NCBI GenBank assembly: GCA_030390025.1 | Contig: CM059431.1 | Span: forward strand, 147,004,001-147,068,000 | DNA: 64,000 nucleotides | Origin: Squalus acanthias | Taxonomy: Eukaryota | Direction of reading: 5' to 3' | In this document: positions 24,901 to 36,132 of the stretch, piece by piece | Position numbering within the stretch: position 1 is the first letter of the stretch | How the letters are laid out: each line of letters starts with the position of its first letter | Position numbers and translations under genes: made by a program | Notes under the pieces: generated by a model | Databases searched by the model: none | Told to the model about the DNA's origin: nothing | Seen by the model: only the letters and a program-made list of their open reading frames with translations

Positions 24901-25469
24901 TTAATGGGATATTGTCGGTGGGGTTTGTGTTCGGGTCCTGGGACGACAATGGGGTCAATCTTAACCATTCCTGTGTCTAACTTATCTTTTGCCCATACTC
25001 CTTGTACCGAGGCACACGTGTCCCCGTACCCATTGGTTTCCACTTGCCAGTCCCGGCTTACCGCTGTAGCCACTCCCACTTTGGTGGTATTATTGGTCAG
25101 ACAGTGCATACTAGTTTTATTCCCGTCCAAGTTTGGCCAAGTTATTTTCTTCTTACCACAATCAATTAATACCTGGTATTCTTTCATTAAGTCATTTCCC
25201 ATTATTGTTCCCTCATTATTCTTACACACGTAAAATCGCATAGGGATGAAAAAGTTATCTATTTCTACCAATTGGGTTGTGCTCAGAAAGGCAGGTGTTT
25301 TATCACCGCCAATCCCTGTGATGTAGACCTTTCTGTCCGTTATCGGGATGGGAAGGTCGGTCACGGATACTGAGGCACCGGTGTCCACTAGCATCTCACA
25401 CGGTCGGCCCCCTACTAGTGCAGACACATACATCCTTCCTTTGTCTCTTTTTACGGGGGCCGCTGACTG
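21910..25469 (-). CDS. pol: ERV pro-pol (PR-RT-tether-RNase H-IN), interrupted only at the A9 run (23622-23630)
   Basis: LVDTGA (PR); LPQGFHNSP and YVDD (RT); FYVDGS...AELVAL...YTDS (RH); HHCC, D-D-E and GPY (IN). In frame with gag after a single TGA. Confidence 0.93.
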
Positions 25470-26804
25470 TCACTGTGTCTCTTTCCACTGTTGATATAGT
25501 CTCTTTTCTTCGGGGGTCATGGTGACGTGGGTCGTCTCAGGTCTGCCATGTTTACTGAAACAAGTGGCCTCAGTATGGCCCTTCTTATTACAGTAAGTAC
25601 ATGTCTTCTTAGCCATACAATCTCTAATAAAATGTCCAGGCTTCCCGCAACCATGACATGCCCCCTTGGGTCCCACTGCCTGTTTTACCGCACTTACACT
25701 TTCCTGTTTAACCTTGACCGTACCTTCCTCTTTGGCTTTTAACCCGTCTACCCCACAAGCCCACTCTACTAGGTCGTCGTAATTCCTGGTTGTTACTACG
25801 CCCATCTTGATGATAGCCTGGTGTGCGGGAGACAAGCCATCTTTAAAGGCCTGAATGAAAGCGGGGTCAGTTCTTGCCGGCCCTGGTTGGCCTGATGACT
25901 CTCCATAAACAATAAACAGCCTTTCTCCATATTCGGAGGCCGCCTCGCCCTTTTGCTGCTTACAGGACGTTATCTTACTCCAATTAGTTGGGGCCTCTCC
26001 TAACACCCGCTGGATTTCTGTTTTAAACAGATTAAAGGGAGCCTGTTGTCGGTCTATTGTATCTGCCAATGGACATTGTTCAGTCCATCGACCGGTCTTA
26101 TAATCCGTATTGGCCTGATTGGGGGTGGTCTGCGTGAGGCGCCATCGGTCGACCGGACATGCTGCCCGGACCAACTGATGAACGTCACGCAGGTGGAGGC
26201 TGTGTCCCAGCCAAACCATATCTAGGTTTGCCCAGAACTTGGTGTTGGCACTTCGTGTTTGTAAGTTCCCCAGGTCTTTCAAAATCTGTTGTCTTTCTCC
26301 CGGGGTAAAAGGCTGAAAATCCGCCCTTGCCCCGGCGGCACCAGGCTGGCCCCTCATTTTAACGGGGGCCGCGAAATATTCTTCTGTTGTATCCCCAACT
26401 GTTTCTTCAGTTGGGGCTGTTGGTCCGGAAAGTCCGTACGGGGGGAGTGGATCTGTGTTACACCCCGTCCACCTTCCGGGACACATTCTACTTTGTTCTT
26501 GATTTATTCCCTCTAGTATTTCTATCTTCTTTTTTAAATCTGCTATTTCTCTGTTTTTGGCCTTCTCAGTCTCTCGGACCTTATCTACTTGCTCGATTAG
26601 TCCCGCCAATTGGTGTACCAAAAGAACTCCCGTTTTCTTGGTTTTCTCCCTTTTTTGCTTACGTACCCACTCTCGTTGTGACTCTAATGACTGGCTAACA
26701 TCCCAGCCATCTTTCTGCATTCTGTCTATCAGCGAACGTCTATCTGTCATGTAACTATTAATAAGGGACCCCGGGGGCCCCATCTTAATGTCCTTACCTG
26801 ACAT
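25470..26804 (-). CDS. gag: ERV Gag, 444 aa, intact
   Basis: PTAP and LPPY late-domain-like motifs, MHR-like CKQQKGEAASEYGERL, and two CCHC knuckles (CHGCGKPGHFIRDC, CTYCNKKGHTEATC). Confidence 0.94.
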   Translation of the reverse strand: MSGKDIKMGPPGSLINSYMTDRRSLIDRMQKDGWDVSQSLESQREWVRKQKREKTKKTGVLLVHQLAGLIEQVDKVRETEKAKNREIADLKKKIEILEGINQEQSRMCPGRWTGCNTDPLPPYGLSGPTAPTEETVGDTTEEYFAAPVKMRGQPGAAGARADFQPFTPGERQQILKDLGNLQTRSANTKFWANLDMVWLGHSLHLRDVHQLVRAACPVDRWRLTQTTPNQANTDYKTGRWTEQCPLADTIDRQQAPFNLFKTEIQRVLGEAPTNWSKITSCKQQKGEAASEYGERLFIVYGESSGQPGPARTDPAFIQAFKDGLSPAHQAIIKMGVVTTRNYDDLVEWACGVDGLKAKEEGTVKVKQESVSAVKQAVGPKGACHGCGKPGHFIRDCMAKKTCTYCNKKGHTEATCFSKHGRPETTHVTMTPEEKRLYQQWKETQ

Positions 26805-27148
26805 CGCCCGTCCGCTCTCCGATCACACTCTCCAGTAAACACTCACCGCCTCTCTTCACTCTCCCGTCCTTCTGGACTCGTGAACTCGTTTACCGATGTG
26901 TCTAGTTGCCTGGAGTTCCGGATCTCGCAAGCACCGCCCGCAGACTTTATCACAGGTTTTACTCTGTACCTTTAACCTACGGCCCAAAAATTTGACAGTG
27001 TAATGCAGAATACTCACAACGGTTCCCCCTCTGCCTTCCGAGAATACCCGGACCAAAAACCCCTATAAAGTGTACTCTCGCAAATCCCCTCAGATTCTTT
27101 CGGTTACTTGAGCCCGTTAACACTTGATCAGGGTGTCGGTACTCAGTA

Positions 27149-27166
27149 ACCCTGCTCGCAGCGCCA
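27149..27166 (-). promoter_or_regulatory. ERV primer-binding site, tRNA-Ser-like (TGGCGCTGCGAGCAGGGT)
   Basis: Starts with TGG 2 nt inside the 5' LTR. Its complement ACCCTGCTCGCAGCGCCA closely matches vertebrate tRNA-Ser 3' ends as I recall them. Confidence 0.8.
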
Positions 27167-27168
27167 AT

Positions 27169-27678
27169 TGTTGTAGGGGCTAATCGGAGCCTTAAGCGGA
27201 CTAACCGTGAAGGAGAGTCGACGCGCTACCCGACTTAGCCCGACTGAGCAATAAAACTCAAACACCAATTTACACGGTTAAATGCGGGAGTACACTTTAT
27301 TCAGAGCGCTCTGGGAGAGAATTGATGCACCCACGTGCAGTCACCGACCTCTCAAATAAGTCACTCTGGGGCACAGTATTTTATACATCCATCATTGATT
27401 ACATCGTGCTCACATGAGCATGTGATAGTCATTAGAATCCAATCAATTTTATGTATACAATTGTTAAGCATAGTAAATCAATTAACGTCAGGATACAGTT
27501 GATGTGATCAGCCTCGTCTATGTGACAGTGTTATCTCGAGCCCTGTATGTTGCAACGTTGTCTGACAAGGCAGACTGCCAATCCATTGCAGAAAAGTCCT
27601 GTGTCAGCGAATTTAAAGTTCATTAACTGGATGAGTTTTTCTTCTCCGACATTTCTTTAATAATTTTCTCCTCCAACA
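27169..27678 (-). repeat. ERV 5' LTR (510 bp; TATAAAA at 27379-27385 on minus)
   Basis: TG...CA termini; matches the 3' LTR. Confidence 0.96.
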
Positions 27679-30450
27679 GTAGGGTCATCGCAGTTAAAAT
27701 TAGAGTAGGGTCATCACCAGTAATATTAGAGTACGATCATCACTAGTACTGTTAGAGTAGGGTCAAAACCAGTAATGATAGAGTAGGGTCACCACCAGTA
27801 ATGATAAAGTAGGGTCATCAGCAGTAATGTTATTGTAGGGTCAACACCAGTAATGATAGAGTAGGGTCACCACCAGTAATGTTAGAGTAGCGTCACCATC
27901 AAACATTTTAGAGTAGTTTCACCAACAGTAATGATAAAGTAGGGTCATCAGCAGTAATGTTATTGTAGGGTCACCACCAAAAATGTTAGAGTAGGGTCAC
28001 CACCAGTAATGTTAGAGTAGCGTCACCATCAATCATTTTAGAGTAGGGTCACCAACAGTAATGAAGAAGTAGGGTCAGCACCAGTAATGTTAGAGTAGGG
28101 TCACCACCAGTAATGTTAGAGTAGCGACACCATCAATAATTTTAGAGTAGGGTCACCAACAGTAATGAAGAAGTAGGGTCACCACCAGTAATGATAGAGT
28201 AGGGTCATCACCAGTAATATTGGAATATAATCACTGCCAATAATTTTAGAGTAGAGACACCGCCAGTAATGATAGAGAAGTGTCTTCAACAGTAATATTA
28301 GAGTAGCGTCATCACCAGTAATATTAGAATAGAATCACCGCCAATAATGTTAGAGTAGAGACACTACCAGTAATGTTAGAGTCGGGTCATCACCAGTAAC
28401 GTAAGCGTAGGGTCACCGACAGTAATGTTACAGTAGGGTCATCACCAGTAATGATAGTGTGGGTTCACAACCAGTAATGAAAGAGTCGGGTCACCACCAG
28501 TAACGTTAGTTTAGGGTCACCACTAGTAATGTTAGAGTAGGGTCACCACCATTAATGTTAGATTAGGGTCACCAAAAGTAATGATAGAGTAGGCTCGCCA
28601 CCAGTAATGTTAGAGTAGAATGACCACCAGTAATGATATAGTAGAGTCATCACCAGAAATGTTACTGTAGGGTCACCAATAGTAATGTCAGTATAGGGTC
28701 ACCAATAGTAATGTTAGATTAGGGTCACCAGCTGTAATGTTAGTGTAGTGTCAGCACCAGTAATGGTAGTGTCGAGTCACCACCAGTAATGTTAGGGTAG
28801 GGTCGCCACCAGTAATGTTAGAGTAGGGTCACCAACAGTAGTGTTAGAGTAGGGTCACCACCAGTAATGTTAGAGTAGGGTCATCACCAGAATGTTAGGA
28901 TCGACTCACCACCTGTAATGATAGAGTAGGGCCACCATCAGTAATGTTAGAGTCAGGTCATCACCATTAATGTTAGAATATGGTCACAACCAGTAATCAA
29001 AGAATAGGATCACCGCCATTAATATTAGTGTACTATCCCCACCTTAATGTTAGTGTAGGGTCAACACCAATAATATTTGAATAGGATTACCGCCAGTAAT
29101 GATAGGATAGGGCCAACACCATTAATGTTAGCGTATAGTTACCATCAGTAAAGTTAGAGTGGGTCGCCGCCAAATAGTTAGATTATTATCACCAACATGT
29201 TAGAATAGGATTAACACTATTAATTTTACAGTGCGATCACCAGCAGTAATGTTAGAGTACAGTACTCATCAGTAACGTCAGAGTATGGAGACCACATGCA
29301 ATGTTAGAGTAGATGCACCACCAATAATATTGGAGTAATGTCACCACCACTAATATTAGATTCGGGTCACCATCAGTCTTAGATTAGAATAAACACAAGT
29401 AATATTACAGTACGATTGCTGCCATTAACGTTTTAGTAGTGTCAATATCAGTAAAGTTAGAATAGATTTACCATCACTAATGTTAGTGCGGGTCACGACT
29501 ATTGATGTTAAATTAACATCAACAGCAGAAATGTTAGAATAGATTCATCGCAAGTAATGTTAGAGTAGATTCACCACAGTAATGTTAGAGTAGGTTGTAC
29601 ACCAGAAATGTTACAGCAGGGTCACCCCCAGTTATAATAGCGTAAGTTCACCTTCAACAATGATAGAGTACAGTCACCACCAGTAATGTTAGAGTTGGGT
29701 CTTCACCATAATGTTAAAGTCGGTTCACCCACCTGTAATTATAGAGAAGGTAACCACCAGTAATGTTAGAGTAGAGTCACCACCAGTAATGTTAGAGTGG
29801 GTTCACCCACCTGTAATGATAGAGTAGGGTAACCACCAGTAATATTGGACTAGGGTCACCATCAGTAATGTTAGAATAGAATCACGACCAGTAATGTTGG
29901 GGTAGGGTCACCACCAGTAATGTTAGAGTAGAAACACCACCAGTAAGGATAGATTGGGGCCACCATCATTAATGATAGGGTAAGGTCATAAGCATTTATG
30001 TTAGAGTAGGGTCACCACCAGTAATGTTTGAATAGGATCACCGCCAGTAAATTCAGATTAGTATCACCACTAGTTATGTTAGTGTAGGGTCATCACCAAT
30101 AATATTTGAATAGGATTAGCGCCAGTAATGTTACGATAGGGCCAACACAATTAATGTTAGCCTATAGCTACCATAAGTAACGTTAAAGTGGGATCACCAT
30201 CAGTAATGTTAGAGTAGGGCATCACCAGTAATGTTCGAGTGTGGTCAGAATTTGTAATGCTAGATTAATGTCACCACCGGTAATGTTACAGTAGCGTCCC
30301 CACTGCTAATGTTGGAGTGGATTCACCACCAGTAATGTTAGATTAACATCACCACCATGAATGTTAGAATATGGTCATTACTGATAGTGTTAGAATAGGA
30401 TCATCACCAGCCATGTTCGAGCTGAGTCACCACTAGTAATCATTACAGTA
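27679..30450. repeat. 26-bp satellite, right part
   Basis: Same unit as 16950-19665. Confidence 0.95.
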
Positions 30451-30845
30451 CATAACATATTTAATTTATGCAATTAATGACTGATGTTTTCAGAGAATTA
30501 AAATTACGTCACAAGATCTAACGCAGTGTCCGGGAGGGATGTTCCCTTCAGCGTTCAGGGGGCATGCACAGAAAACATTCCCTCTGGGATTACTTTCTGC
30601 TCAATAATTTTAATGGAATGAGTTTCACGGACTGAGCTTTACAATTTCCCCAGTGGTGGCCATGCGCACTAAAGTGGAAAATCGCCCCTTGTTTGTTAAG
30701 TAACTGTAACTAACGCCACTTATTGTGTCACCTGATTTTCTCACCGGGGCAACGATTTTTGTATAAATTGGGAGCATTTACGGATCTCAGATAAACTCCA
30801 GTCGGAACCGTAAAGCGGGACAGAATTCACACATTCTTCAAAAAA

Positions 30846-32554
30846 ATGATACGGCCAACAATTCTACAGATAAGGGACATTTACTACCATTTGCTCGCAG
30901 CCTTCGGTGTTCCCGGTAAGTCAATGTATCCTGTTGACTAATAGTTGTTGACTATCTCAGTGTTAATGTAACAGATTCCGAGAATGTCCTCATTGCAGAA
31001 TCATTGATCCACCGGGATCAGTCGGTGAATATCAGAGGGAATGAAGCCACTCCGCGCGGCCGCTGAGGCGCTGTTCTGGTCGCTCGATCGTGGGCACCGG
31101 ACGCTCAACCTTCCTCCCTATACTGAGGGAGGGCGAGGCTGATTCACCGGCCCCTCCTACAGTACATAGATCACTAAAGAATGTGTTGCTCATTGCCCAT
31201 AGTAATCATCTGTTTCGCACCTTTGTCCTCTATCTATTTTAAGTTGATAATTCCTGGCACTTCAGCCACCTCCACCCAACACTGGACTTTGGATGGTAAT
31301 TTGAGAAATAACTGTTGCTCGCGGAGTTGCTCCCCTCCGCTCGGCAGCGTTTCGAATTAAATTGAACTGTTTTCTCTAAGCTGAATGTATTATTTGAATT
31401 ATATCTTTCCATTAATTGCCGTGAAATTATATTTCATACTTGACTGAAGTTTGCTGCAAGGACGGCGAATTTTCAGTCCCTCGATATTGAACTTTCAATG
31501 AGTTCATTTGTTTAAATAAAGTGTCGTTACCCTCGATTATATTAATGTTAAAAAATCTATGCGCATAACGCTGAATAGGGACAGTACCGAACATTTCCCC
31601 ACAATAAGCTGTGAGCTTTATCCGACTATCCCCGTTACTGACCTCTTCCACCAGTTTCTCACAGCGAACCTACTGACAATCCTGATTCTCTCCAGAGGAA
31701 ACTGCGGCCTTTCCAAATGTATCTCTGTTTACATGGTGGCCATGGCAACAGCAGATCTACTGGTCATGATCATCAGTATATTAGTGAACCGCATTATCAG
31801 TCATCACTTTCCACATTCCTTCCTGTCCTACAATTCCGTCTGTAAGATCATTATGTACATGCAATGTGTCACCCTGTATGTGTCGGTGTGGTTTACAGTC
31901 TCGTTCATATTTGACCGATTTGTAGCTATATCTTGTGAGACGTTTAAAACAAAGTATTGCACAGTGAGAACTGCGGCCGCGATTATAGCAACGGTCTCTG
32001 TCCTGATCTGTGTACAGAGCCTTCCTTTTTGGTTTGCATTTGAACCTGAGAGAATAATTCACAATGTTCACTGGGGTTGCCGTGCCAGAGTGGAGTTTTT
32101 TTCATCGCCTGCAGGTGCAGCATACTCCTGGTTGGAAAGTATTTTGGTTGCTTGGCTTGCTTTTGCTTTGATATTACTATTTAATTGTTTGACAGTCAGA
32201 CGCATTTTAGTGGCCAGTAGAGCCCGCAGGGGACTCCGGGGTCACAGCAGTGAGAATCAGAGCGATCCAGAGATGGAGAACCGAAGGAAATCCATCAGTT
32301 TACTGTTCACTGTATCGGGCAATTTTATACAGTTGTGGCTGAAAGCTATCGTTAGTTTTTTAACTACCAGACTGACAAACACGGCGCAGTATCGAAGCGA
32401 TTATGCAGCCCCTGCCTATATTGCCACTGAAACCGGATATATGCTCATGTATTTGAGCTCCTGTACAAACACATGTATTTATGCAGCTACTCAACCTAAA
32501 TTCAGGGAAGAGCTGAAGAATGTGGTGAAATGGCCTTGCACATTAATTGGTTAA
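30846..32554 (+). CDS. GPR139-like class A GPCR, two exons (30846-30915, 31665-32554), 319 aa
   Basis: Exon 1 MIRPTILQIRDIYYHLLAAFGVP ends at a G|GTAAGT donor, and the acceptor is tttctcacag|CG. The spliced frame is open, with AMATADLLV, FDRFVAI, DPEMENRRKSI and NTCIY motifs. A paralogue, so no symbol is given. Confidence 0.88.
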
Positions 32555-35289
32555 AAAATACAAAAAGTATCTAAAGCATCCTGTCCTAACTAGAGTTAAA
32601 TTACAGCAGGGGTTCCATTTGCGAATAGCCGTCTGTCCTTTAGGACGGATATGGTTTGTTGTTGTTAAAATCAACAATAATCAGAGAACGTTTCTTCCAC
32701 TTTGTACCGCGTGTTTGATGTCTGCTGCTTTCACCGGGTGAACAGAATCGATTCCGCTAAAACAGCGCGCTTCCCGCTCAAGATCCTAAGAGAACAGTCA
32801 AGACTGAGCTTCAGCAGTGGAGTAGAACGTGGGCGTCAGCGTGAACTGCCTCACACAAAAGTTAAGGATGGAATGTGACGCTCCAGTTTAATAAATATAT
32901 ACAGTTTCCGTTAATGTAGAAACAATGTGCTATAATGGTGGTGATTTGTAATTCTGCAATCTTGGTGTGAATGTTGCAGGCGCTGGTCTCCCCATCAGAC
33001 TCCGCCCCCCATTGACTCCTGGACCAATAGAACGGGGCCTGTCTCCTGAGCAGTGTCTAATGATGGAGACAGTAGGAACTTGACTCGTCAATGTGATATT
33101 AGACATCTTTGTTCACAGATATTTACCGAAAATTTCAACGGGTCATCAACATAGAGTGCTACGACAGGGGTGCAGACTATTCGACTAAACAGTCCTAGTC
33201 GGCGATTACCCTCCACCCTAACAATTAGTTCCAATCACTGTATCCGCTCTTTCTCAACATCCCTTCAACCTATTTGTATTCAACCATTTGTACAATTAAA
33301 TATTGATATAATTTCGGCCTCCGTTAAATTCACAGTCTCTCAACTTTCCATGTAAAGAGGTTCCACCTACCCTCAGTTCTAAATTTCTTACGTTTATTAT
33401 TTAATCAATGGCCATTCTTTACAGATCTCTCAACTAATGGAAGCAGTCCGATTCTATCTACCAGTTCCCCTCCCTGTTTAACTTAAATCACCTGAGTAAC
33501 CTGGCATTAATAGACAATATAGTAAAAGTCAGGAAAGTGTAGTTACAATTGCCAATTGATAGCTTTCTGAGGGAAATGGTTTTGTCCTTGTTTGTCCTGA
33601 ACAATGAGGAGAATGTATTGGTTAGCTTTTCACGATCTGTAACATCGGGACATACAGGGGGAGATTCTAACACCACCGGGCACCTGGTCCATTGATGGAT
33701 TTGCAGAAACGGCAGGGATGTCTTGTATCGGATATCTTGTGCTGGGTGATCCTGGGATGTCGATTTGTGAGCAAAAGTGATGTGTAGCCCGTGAATCAAC
33801 CAGCATATGACACACTTGTTGAAGATGCCCAGAGGAATGGGTCCATGACATGGTTAGTCACGTTGATAACACCACTGCGTAAAATGTTTAATTCGTCTCT
33901 AGAGAATGAAAACATGTGTAAAACCAATGGGTAGAGATCTGCGTAATTGAGTCGGTCGAGATACATACATGATACTGATGAGATATTGTTGAGTGATGGC
34001 CTGAAATTCTCTAACACCAACAGAGGGGGCACTTGGAGCACAGAGTTAATCAGACTGTCCTTAAGTCTGTTAATGTTATACTGTATTGGCTTCTTTTTGT
34101 ATTGTAGTAATTTCAATCTTTAGGCCTTGCCTGTTAAGTAGGGAAGGAGAAGTCAGTCAAAATAGCATTGCGCTGGCTGATGGGCCAGGGCTGACCCTGC
34201 AGCAATGGTCAGTTTCAGGACGAAGTAATGTGAGATTTAATTAAAGGCATGCCATCCCAAAGTGATTCATAATGTTTTAGAGCTCTTTAAGCGTTTGATA
34301 ACTTTTGAGAAAGTGTTACTTCTGCAAAGGTAAATATCTGGACATACATCATCATTTTTAATTGACATCAGTGATACAGAAACAAAGCAAGATTTATCGT
34401 TCAAAGTTTCACTTGTTAGAATTGCAATTATACGGATCAAGGGTGAAACTATCGATAAGATAACGAACTAAGGTGAAAATAAATATTAGCCCAATGGAGC
34501 AACACTGCTTGTTTAGTAAGGAATGCTATCGTGATTGATGAATATATGTAAATTAATTCCCCGTATATATTGAGTTGAATTTTAACTATTATTTATTTAT
34601 GTAATACAGAATTGTGAGGATTCCCAAATAGAGGGAGCGACAGAAATATATAAAAACGAGCTTCTTGTAATGAGTATTTGAAACACATTTTGAATTCCCA
34701 ACCAACCATCATCAGATGTGACTGTAATGTGTGCCTTTTAAGTGTATGTTTAATACAACTGCATGTGCTGCATGCTCAATAAACCGATGACACCTCACTA
34801 CATTTTTCAAGAACCTTGTTGAAAACCTTAATCTAACAATAGCCTCAGTACTTTAAATGTGAATGGGCTTCATTTATTAATTGTGATTAAATGTCCACTT
34901 TAGCCGTCACTTTTTAACGTCTCGCGTGATCCTGAGGTTCAAAAGCCAAACGCCACGTGATTTCATTTCCCCGTGTTTTCCAGGCTCTGCCAATCCGGCT
35001 GGCATCCAGCTTCTTTGGGAAGTGGTGGCGAGCTGCGGGCAGTTTTTTTTTGTATCGGCACATTCTCATTTAACTGGATTCAGATGACCAACTGTATTTA
35101 AGGCAGGAATCAGGCAGCAGCCAGAGATTTTAATTCTATCAGTTAGCGATGTAACTGCACCCAGCTCCAATCGTGAGACGGCGATGTGTTATCAACCATA
35201 TCATGTAATATCAACATGTAATATAGAGAGCAAAGGCATGAACAGGTTAACCATTACATTACTGTGTCAAATCGAGTACCATTTGGTTG

Positions 35290-36043
35290 TGATTCTCCTG
35301 TCCCTCTTTCTAATTAAATAGTTGTTGTGTTCCCTTGGGTTTCTCTATTTCTAATCAAAGAAATACTGTGTTTCCCTGACATTCCGTGCAGTCTATTTGT
35401 TATTAAACAGTAACTATGCCCCCCTGTGTCCTCCTTCTATCTACATGGTTATTATGTTCCATGAGGCCAGTTTCTAATTAAACCGTTACTGTGTTCTCCT
35501 AAAATTCCTGTTCTCTATTTATAATTAAATAGATAGTTTATTTCCTTAAGTTCCCCCATTCTCTGTTCCTAATCCCCGTGTTCCCCATTTTTAATTAAAC
35601 AGTTACTATGTTCACCTATCCCCCAATCCCCATTTATAATTATACAGTTACTGTGTTCCACTACATTCAACTTTATTCTATTCCTAATTAAAGAGTTACT
35701 GTGTTCCACGACATTCAACTTTATTCTATTCATAATTAAAGAGTTACTGTGTTCCACGACATTCAACTTTATTATTATTCTAATTAAACAGTTACTGTGT
35801 TCATCTAAATCCCCCTCTTCCCCATTTATAATTAAACAAATACTGAGTTCTCCTATATCCACCGTTCCCCATTTATAATCATCAGTTACTGTGTTCCCCT
35901 ATATACTCCGTTCCTCATTTATAATTAAACAGTTACTGTGTTCCCCTATATTCCACTATTCCCCATTTATATTTAAACAGTTACTGTATTCTCCAAAGTT
36001 TCACTGTACTTTATTTGTAATATAACAATGACTGTTTTCCACT
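35290..36043. repeat. AT-rich ~45-48-bp degenerate minisatellite (ataattaaacagttactgtgttcc core); resumes at about 37669-37800
   Basis: ttactgtgttccac occurs at 35648, 35696 and 35744. Confidence 0.85.
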
Positions 36044-36095
36044 AAAATGAGAAGTCGCACAACACCAGGTTATAGACCAACAGATTTATTTAAAA

Positions 36096-36132
36096 TTACA
36101 AGCTTTCGGAGCTGTCGCCCCTTCCTCAGGTA
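36096..36132 (-). ncRNA. Minimal type-I hammerhead ribozyme motif (Penelope left arm)
   Basis: Reverse complement of the motif at 37544-37580. Confidence 0.75.

Larger units (their letters stand above)
19666..27678 (-). mobile_element. Full-length young endogenous retrovirus (LTR-gag-pro-pol-env-LTR, 8013 bp)
   Basis: TGTTG...CAACA LTRs, TSD GTAG (19662-19665 and 27679-27682), PBS, PPT (20236-20244), and long gag, pol and env ORFs. Confidence 0.97.

Noticed and set aside
26856..27056. ORF in the ERV leader
   Set aside because: Non-ATG start, short, and no recognisable motif.
16950..30450. CRISPR-like or telomeric array
   Set aside because: Tandem monomers without unique spacers, no cas genes, and a eukaryotic context; TTAGGG occurs only sporadically.
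31559..31664. 5' extension of the 331-aa GPCR ORF
   Set aside because: Intronic read-through; the true N-terminus is exon 1 at 30846-30915, as in the paralogue.
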